Shown: one piece after another, positions 44,544-49,451 of the stretch
Position numbering within the stretch: the first letter of the stretch is position 1
Layout: each line of letters begins with the position of its first letter
Origin: a virus
Taxonomy: Duplodnaviria > Caudoviricetes
IMG/VR virus record: IMGVR_UViG_3300049019_000012
Coordinates: 1 to 49,451 of that record
Strand: one strand, 5' to 3'
DNA length: 49,451 nt
Notes under the pieces: generated by a model
The model's database searches: none
What the model saw: only the letters and a program-made list of their open reading frames with translations
Told to the model about the DNA's origin: nothing
Made by a program: the position numbers and the translations under genes

Positions 44544-44830
44544 ACAGCCTCCGGTTCAGTCTGTTTAAACATATCCAGCACGGACTGTTCGCCAGGTGGC
44601 GGGTTCTTCGGGCGTAGGTCGCCAGGCAGCGCATAGAACGTTGTGCCAGGTGCGCAATATGCTGGTGGCGGCGTGTCTGTCGGCCATCCTTTTTCTGGAA
44701 GGCCGGTGTATAGTTCGTTGAATGTCCTTTCAGGTCCGGTGATGGTGCATTCCGTCCCGTTGTAGTGCGCCAAATCGCCAACCTGGTTCTGCCAGATGTA
44801 CACCCGTCCAACTTCGTAGCAATTCTTCAT
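44540..44830 (-). CDS. Hypothetical protein
   Basis: ATGA-coupled in operon. Confidence 0.7.
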   Translation of the reverse strand: MKNCYEVGRVYIWQNQVGDLAHYNGTECTITGPERTFNELYTGLPEKGWPTDTPPPAYCAPGTTFYALPGDLRPKNPPPGEQSVLDMFKQTEPEAV

Positions 44831-45000
44831 CGCTGCCCCTTCCTGCGGTCGCTGCCGGTGCGGCGTTCAAAGGCGACAGGCTGCGGCTGCAATCGCCGGT
44901 CTTCCGGTTTCTTAATCTTGGCCTGGTCCTTGGCAATCTGCGCATCAAGCTGTGCGCACAGCTGTTGCAAGCGTTCGCGCTGTTCTGGCGTGTCGTTCAT
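44827..45000 (-). CDS. 57-aa protein with DRR/ERR repeats
   Basis: MNDTPEQ...EDRR...ERRTGSDRR; ATGA overlaps at both ends; not in ORF track. Confidence 0.6.
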   Translation of the reverse strand: MNDTPEQRERLQQLCAQLDAQIAKDQAKIKKPEDRRLQPQPVAFERRTGSDRRKGQR

Positions 45001-45356
45001 GCTGCCCTTTCAGTGGTGGTTGAAATGATTTCCTGCATCCTGCGTTCGACGCCAGCGCGCAATCGCTCGCCCAGCGTTCCGTTCCTACCGATGCGTTCCA
45101 GTCGCTGTTCGCTCGCCAGCAAATCGGTGCCCTGCAGCGCCAGCAGTTCGCGTGCCGTCTGGTCGGTCCACATCCGCTGCACGGTATTGCGCAGCCGGTT
45201 CATTTCCTCATCGCCCCGCCGCTTGCCAACCAGGTTGATGAATGCCTGGCGTGCGCTGGTCGGCATGCGCAGCACGGTGCGTGCTTCACATTCGTGCCGC
45301 CATTCCTCGCTGCTGCCGTCAACTGTGCGCCCGTCGTGCGTGGTGAAAGTCTTCAT
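44997..45356 (-). CDS. Hypothetical protein
   Basis: SEEWRHECEAR motif; TGATG coupling to primase. Confidence 0.7.
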   Translation of the reverse strand: MKTFTTHDGRTVDGSSEEWRHECEARTVLRMPTSARQAFINLVGKRRGDEEMNRLRNTVQRMWTDQTARELLALQGTDLLASEQRLERIGRNGTLGERLRAGVERRMQEIISTTTERAA

Positions 45357-47692
45357 CAGAATGGCCTGTCAGGGTCGTTGATCGGATGTTGTGCTGGCGC
45401 TGGTCGTGCAGCGCGGTTCTTCGGCTGGCTCGGCAACATGAAGTAACGGCCCTTCGCCTTCGGCTTCGCATCCTTGCCGGTCAGCTTCTTTAGCACCTTG
45501 CTTGCGTGCGTGGCCTGGCCCTTGTTTGGCTTGTCGTATCCGATTGCCATCAGCACTTCGCTGGCCGTCATTTCGAAGCCGTGCAGCGCTGGCTTGTCCC
45601 AATCGAACGATGCCAGAATAATTTCCTCTACCGGGTCCACGGCTTCGTGTTCCTTGTTCAGCTTGCCCAGCGCGTCGTTTTCTTCTTCCGTCAGGTGCCA
45701 TTGCTCGCCACGTTTGAAATGCACCAGCAGTTCGGCCCATACCTGTTGCATGTTGATGTCGTGGCGGTAATCGATCCAGGTAACTGGAATGGTCCACCAG
45801 CGGCGATTGCCGGTATCGTCCACCAGGTATTTGTCATCGTTGACCGAAGCGCAGAACACCGTGCGGCGCTGGTATTCCGATTCCAGCCGGTCGTATGGCT
45901 TGCGCAGCTTGTCCATCGCCAGCGGAATGAACGACTTCAGGCGCGCAATGTCGGACTTACGGAACGTCGCATCAAGTTCGCCCAGTTCGACAATCCAATT
46001 GCTCAGCACTGCGGTCTTGCTGTCCTTGTCGGACGGGTCCAGCGTTGCGCCCACCAGCACCAGGCGCATGTCAGCCGGTGCCAGGCGGCGGAACCATGTC
46101 GTTTTGCCGATGCCTTGCGGGCCGGTGAACACCAGGCAGCCGTGGCCTTCGAACCCGACAGGCTGGAACACGGATGCCACAGCCGACAACAGCCAGCGAT
46201 ACATCAGCTTGTCCTTCAGTGCGTTGTCGCCTTCGGTTCGCACGGTGTCCAGCAGTTCCTGGATGCGTGGCACGCCATCCCATGGGCGGCCCTCGATCCA
46301 GTCGCAAACAGGGTTGTATGCGTTACGGTCGGCGATCAGCTTCAGGTAATCGGCCAGGTTCGATTGAGGCATGCGATTGCGCACAGCCATGCTGGTCAGT
46401 TCAGCCAGTGCGCAGTTCGCGGCGTTGTCGATGGTGTACATGCAGCCTGGCAACTTCACTTCCACGGCCTTGCGGATTTGGTTGTAGCGCGCCGTGATGC
46501 CGTATTGCGTCAGCATGAATTCCAGGTTCTCGCGCACGTTCAGCGGCTGCCCCTTGTCCGACAGCAGCGGATACCCAAACGGATTAATCGGCGCATCCAG
46601 CGGGTACAGCGGTTCGTTGTCGTTGGCTGCTTTCTTCGGCAGCGCCGCTTCAATCTGCGCACGCACGGCGTCCAGGCCATCCAGCAGGTGCAAGTCGTTG
46701 AAGTCGGTCGGCTTGCTCGACACATCCGAAAACTTCGGCACAGCCACCATTGCCGCCGCCACCTGGGCCGCCTGTGCTGCCTGGCGCATGCCGTCGTTCG
46801 GCTTGTTCGGGTCTTCGTGCCAGCAGTCGTTATCCGCCAGCATGATGATGATGGCGTTCGGGTACAGGTTCCGCATGGCCGCGCCGACATTGCGCAGATT
46901 GCCGCTGTCGAACGCCACGGCGGCAGGGTAGCCGGTGGCCATGTGCGCGCTGGCACAGGTTGAATAGCCTTCGCCCACCAGGATGATAGGCTGCAGGCCG
47001 CTGGGTTTGTCGCCGATGATGTGGAACGCGCCCCACTTCTGGCCGCCTGGCAGATAGTCGCGGTCACGGCCTTCCAGCATCGGGCTGGCGTTTTCAAATA
47101 TCGCCTGCAGGCTTGCCAGCGTGCCGTCGATCAAGTGCAGCGGGACCAGCAGGCTGTTCGGGATGCCGCGATACACGCCGACACGCAGACCGAAGGCCAG
47201 CACCTGTTTGCGCTCCAGGTAGGCGTGGTCCATGCCTTCGATTTCTTCGGCAGCGCTCCAGATGGCGGCGGCCTTGCGGCAGGCATCGGCACGGCGTCGT
47301 TCGGCTTCGTGTTTTGCCGCTGCTTCGCGTTCGTCGCGCTCGCGCTGGCGCCGGTCGATTTCTTCCTGGCTAATCGGCGTGCGTTCTTCGCTGGCGAACT
47401 TGAACCCGAATGCCTGCGCTTCGGCGATCAGCGAACCGATGGTAACGGTGCCTTTGACGTTGCCGCTGGGCTTGGCTGACTTCCAGGTGCTGCGCGCGTC
47501 GGCTTCGTTGTAGCCATCGCCGCTGCGGCTCCAGTCGTGCCACAAGTCCCAGCCATCCGGCCCCAGTTCGTGCTGGATCGCAAATGCCATGCGTACCCAC
47601 GCATCGCGGTCGCCCGCATTGATATAGGACAGTGCATCCCTGATTTCTTCGCGCGTCAGGTCGCTAAAGTCGTGGCGAGGTTGTGCGGTCAT
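45356..47692 (-). CDS. Primase-helicase (PriCT-2, TOPRIM, VapE/VirE P-loop)
   Basis: WVRMAFAI/WHDWS, VGEGYST, ADND, TDFNDL, GPQGIGKTT, DDTGNRRWW; start MTAQPR at 47692. Confidence 0.9.
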   Translation of the reverse strand: MTAQPRHDFSDLTREEIRDALSYINAGDRDAWVRMAFAIQHELGPDGWDLWHDWSRSGDGYNEADARSTWKSAKPSGNVKGTVTIGSLIAEAQAFGFKFASEERTPISQEEIDRRQRERDEREAAAKHEAERRRADACRKAAAIWSAAEEIEGMDHAYLERKQVLAFGLRVGVYRGIPNSLLVPLHLIDGTLASLQAIFENASPMLEGRDRDYLPGGQKWGAFHIIGDKPSGLQPIILVGEGYSTCASAHMATGYPAAVAFDSGNLRNVGAAMRNLYPNAIIIMLADNDCWHEDPNKPNDGMRQAAQAAQVAAAMVAVPKFSDVSSKPTDFNDLHLLDGLDAVRAQIEAALPKKAANDNEPLYPLDAPINPFGYPLLSDKGQPLNVRENLEFMLTQYGITARYNQIRKAVEVKLPGCMYTIDNAANCALAELTSMAVRNRMPQSNLADYLKLIADRNAYNPVCDWIEGRPWDGVPRIQELLDTVRTEGDNALKDKLMYRWLLSAVASVFQPVGFEGHGCLVFTGPQGIGKTTWFRRLAPADMRLVLVGATLDPSDKDSKTAVLSNWIVELGELDATFRKSDIARLKSFIPLAMDKLRKPYDRLESEYQRRTVFCASVNDDKYLVDDTGNRRWWTIPVTWIDYRHDINMQQVWAELLVHFKRGEQWHLTEEENDALGKLNKEHEAVDPVEEIILASFDWDKPALHGFEMTASEVLMAIGYDKPNKGQATHASKVLKKLTGKDAKPKAKGRYFMLPSQPKNRAARPAPAQHPINDPDRPF

Positions 47693-47694
47693 TC

Positions 47695-47898
47695 TCACGC
47701 CTTCTGGACTGGCAGTTTCAGTTTCAGCAGTTCCAGCGTTTCGGCGGGGATGACTCGATTCGTTTTCGGCCCTTGGCACAGCCAAATGCGCACGGTTATC
47801 GGCTGACGACCCAGCAACCGTGCAACGTCGCGCGGCTTCAGCTTGTGGTCGCGCATGATGTTGCGCAATTCTTCGTTCCTGTCGTCCATGAATATCAA
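47695..47898 (-). CDS. Small Cro/XRE-like HTH regulator
   Basis: LKPRDVARLLGRQPITVRIW; start may be 47889. Confidence 0.75.
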   Translation of the reverse strand: MIFMDDRNEELRNIMRDHKLKPRDVARLLGRQPITVRIWLCQGPKTNRVIPAETLELLKLKLPVQKA

Positions 47899-47984
47899 TT
47901 TAAAATGTTGTTTGGAAACTCAATTGTACATCAGTGCGTATGCAATCGCATACATCGATGTAAATTATTTCCGATCACTGCACA

Positions 47985-48305
47985 TCACTTCGACTTCGAA
48001 GTTATGTGCCATCCACGGCAGTCGTGGCACGCATAGGCGCGAATCGGTTTCACGCGCGTGTCAGGCTCGCGCTGCATCTGCCCCATGGCATCGGTGGCCT
48101 GGTCATGCGTGCTGTACCGATGCTTGACGCACACGCGCTTGCCATTTGGCAGGCTGTAGGAAAACACGCGGCTGCCGTTCGTCATCACAGCAGCGCCAGC
48201 TTCGGCTGCAAGTTGTTTCATCGCCCGCTTGCGCCAGTCGTTACTGCGGCCTGGCGACTGGTGCATGATGCGTTCGCGCCGCTTGGCGAATTCCTGCGGC
48301 GTCAT
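47985..48305 (-). CDS. Hypothetical protein with C-terminal Zn-binding motif
   Basis: C.K.RY...RAYACHDCRGWHITS. Confidence 0.7.
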   Translation of the reverse strand: MTPQEFAKRRERIMHQSPGRSNDWRKRAMKQLAAEAGAAVMTNGSRVFSYSLPNGKRVCVKHRYSTHDQATDAMGQMQREPDTRVKPIRAYACHDCRGWHITSKSK

Positions 48306-48694
48306 GATTTGCGCCCCAGTGCGATGTCCACGGCGTCCTGTGCGGATCGAGCCACGCCAGCACGTGCGCCCAGTCGGCGCATGGCTTCCATGAAGCGCTG
48401 TTGTATCGGCGCGACACGCCCGCGTTCTCCCTTGTATTCGATGAAGTGCGCCACGCCGATGGTCTGGCCCACCATTTCCTGCGTGATGACTTCGGACGAA
48501 ACGCCGAACGTGTCGGTGAACCCTGGCGGCAGGCCGGTGTCGAACGGGCGAGGGTTGCGGATCAGCATATTGCCGTCAGGCAGTTTGATGCACTCGCTGC
48601 CGGTCCACGCCTTGCCGACGTTGGCGCGGGAATTGAAGATGCCAGGCTGGGCCAGTGCGTTACGGCCAGCGTTTTGAATTGCATGTTCCGACAT
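48302..48694 (-). CDS. VRR-NUC nuclease (resolvase-like)
   Basis: SEHAIQ, RANVG, GLPPGFTD, FIEYKGERGR...QQRF, AGVARS. Confidence 0.88.
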   Translation of the reverse strand: MSEHAIQNAGRNALAQPGIFNSRANVGKAWTGSECIKLPDGNMLIRNPRPFDTGLPPGFTDTFGVSSEVITQEMVGQTIGVAHFIEYKGERGRVAPIQQRFMEAMRRLGARAGVARSAQDAVDIALGRKS

Positions 48695-48719
48695 ATCCGC
48701 CCCAGTAAAAGAAAAGCCC

Positions 48720-48762
48720 AGCTTGAACCTGCTGGGCTGTTCGTTCCTCTGGTGGGTTTGCC
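48720..48762 (-). promoter_or_regulatory. Late-type promoter overlapping an intrinsic terminator
   Basis: GGCAAACCCACCAGAGGAA-N18-CAAGCT; hairpin AGCCCAGC/GCTGGGCT then TTTCTTTT at 48707-48738. Confidence 0.6.
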
Positions 48763-48763
48763 G

Positions 48764-48979
48764 CTAGGCGGCTGCAGCAGCACGGCGGGCGCGCTTCCGT
48801 TCGTGCATCGCCGTCCTGTAGCCCTTCACCTTATCCTGGTTCTGCGCGCGCCAGGCTGCCATGTAGGCGCGGTGGCAGTCCCTGCATCTGCCATGCGCGC
48901 CACTGGCATTCAGGTGGCCGTGGTAAAACTCGGCGTGCGGCTTCTCAAGCCCGCAGGTGGTGCATGCCGCCGTCTTCAC
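48764..48979 (-). CDS. Small CxxC...CxxC zinc-binding protein
   Basis: GTG start; CTTCGLEKPHAEFY...CRDC. Confidence 0.7.
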   Translation of the reverse strand: MKTAACTTCGLEKPHAEFYHGHLNASGAHGRCRDCHRAYMAAWRAQNQDKVKGYRTAMHERKRARRAAAAA

Positions 48980-49451
48980 GCCGCCACCACAATCGGTTCT
49001 TCGGCCAGGCCGCGCCACACAAACCGGCTTTCATCGTCGTGCGTCGATTTGATGCCTGCGCAGTCGTTCTTTGCATCCTGCGGGTCGTCGTCGAAATAGA
49101 TGCACGACCAGTATTCGCCATTCCACCAGCGCTTATCTGAACGCTTTGCGCAGAAGCCACCGTTGTAGGATGAATTCCACTCGCCCACAGCAGGCGGCGG
49201 CCCGCTCTGCCAGTCCGTCAGCGGAATAGCATCATTGATCTGCTGGGCGACTTCCGCGAACGACATGCAGCGCACCACGCCAGAACCTGCTGGGCCGTCG
49301 CAATTGACCAGGTACAGTTCGCCGGTCGGGTTGATGTAGCCGCGCGGGTCGAACTCATCCACGATGCTGTCCAGCCCGAAGTGCTTACGAATTCGTTCAG
49401 CGTAGCGCGTCTTCCCGCAGCCTTGCGGCCCGTACACGATGGCGGATTTAT
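48976..49451 (-). CDS. P-loop-containing protein spanning the circular junction (true start ATG at 168)
   Basis: AGGA RBS then MNKSAIVYGPQGCGKT from position 168; continues through the terminal repeat; ~159 aa. Confidence 0.75.
   Translation of the reverse strand, partial: KSAIVYGPQGCGKTRYAERIRKHFGLDSIVDEFDPRGYINPTGELYLVNCDGPAGSGVVRCMSFAEVAQQINDAIPLTDWQSGPPPAVGEWNSSYNGGFCAKRSDKRWWNGEYWSCIYFDDDPQDAKNDCAGIKSTHDDESRFVWRGLAEEPIVVAA
49288..49451. repeat. Terminal direct repeat, right copy
   Basis: Matches 1-164 with one mismatch. Confidence 0.95.

Noticed and set aside
19391-48762. 19-bp repeat as a CRISPR repeat or IS end
   Set aside because: Dispersed, single orientation, fixed distance to a -10-like hexamer; no cas or transposase genes.

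Overview
The window is an apparently complete, circularly assembled temperate tailed-phage genome of about 49.29 kb; bases 1-164 recur at 49288-49451. It combines a lambda-type head and packaging module (Nu1-like TerS, gpA-like TerL, lambda portal, fused protease-capsid gene, cos-like site) with a P2-type contractile tail. It also has a holin/SAR-endolysin/Rz-Rz1 lysis cassette, a Mor-like late activator, a PriCT-2/TOPRIM/VapE primase-helicase, an SF2 helicase, RecE-like/Sak4-like/SSB recombination genes and a tyrosine integrase targeting tRNA-Gly(TCC). Four patterns go beyond the gene list. (1) An ssrA-tag-like peptide (A/P)ANDN is genetically encoded nine times in eight proteins, and nine non-structural proteins end in -AA, suggesting built-in SspB/ClpXP control. 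(2) Two complete, diverged attP sites with identical left-arm geometry flank a DNA methyltransferase. (3) An ~820-bp non-coding array of tRNA-like folds and repeated long stems lies downstream of int. (4) A 19-bp late-promoter motif occurs seven times, always exactly 18 nt from a -10-like hexamer; one copy is inside the protease-capsid fusion and two bracket an accessory esterase cassette. All product calls come from motif recognition and synteny by eye; no database search was run.
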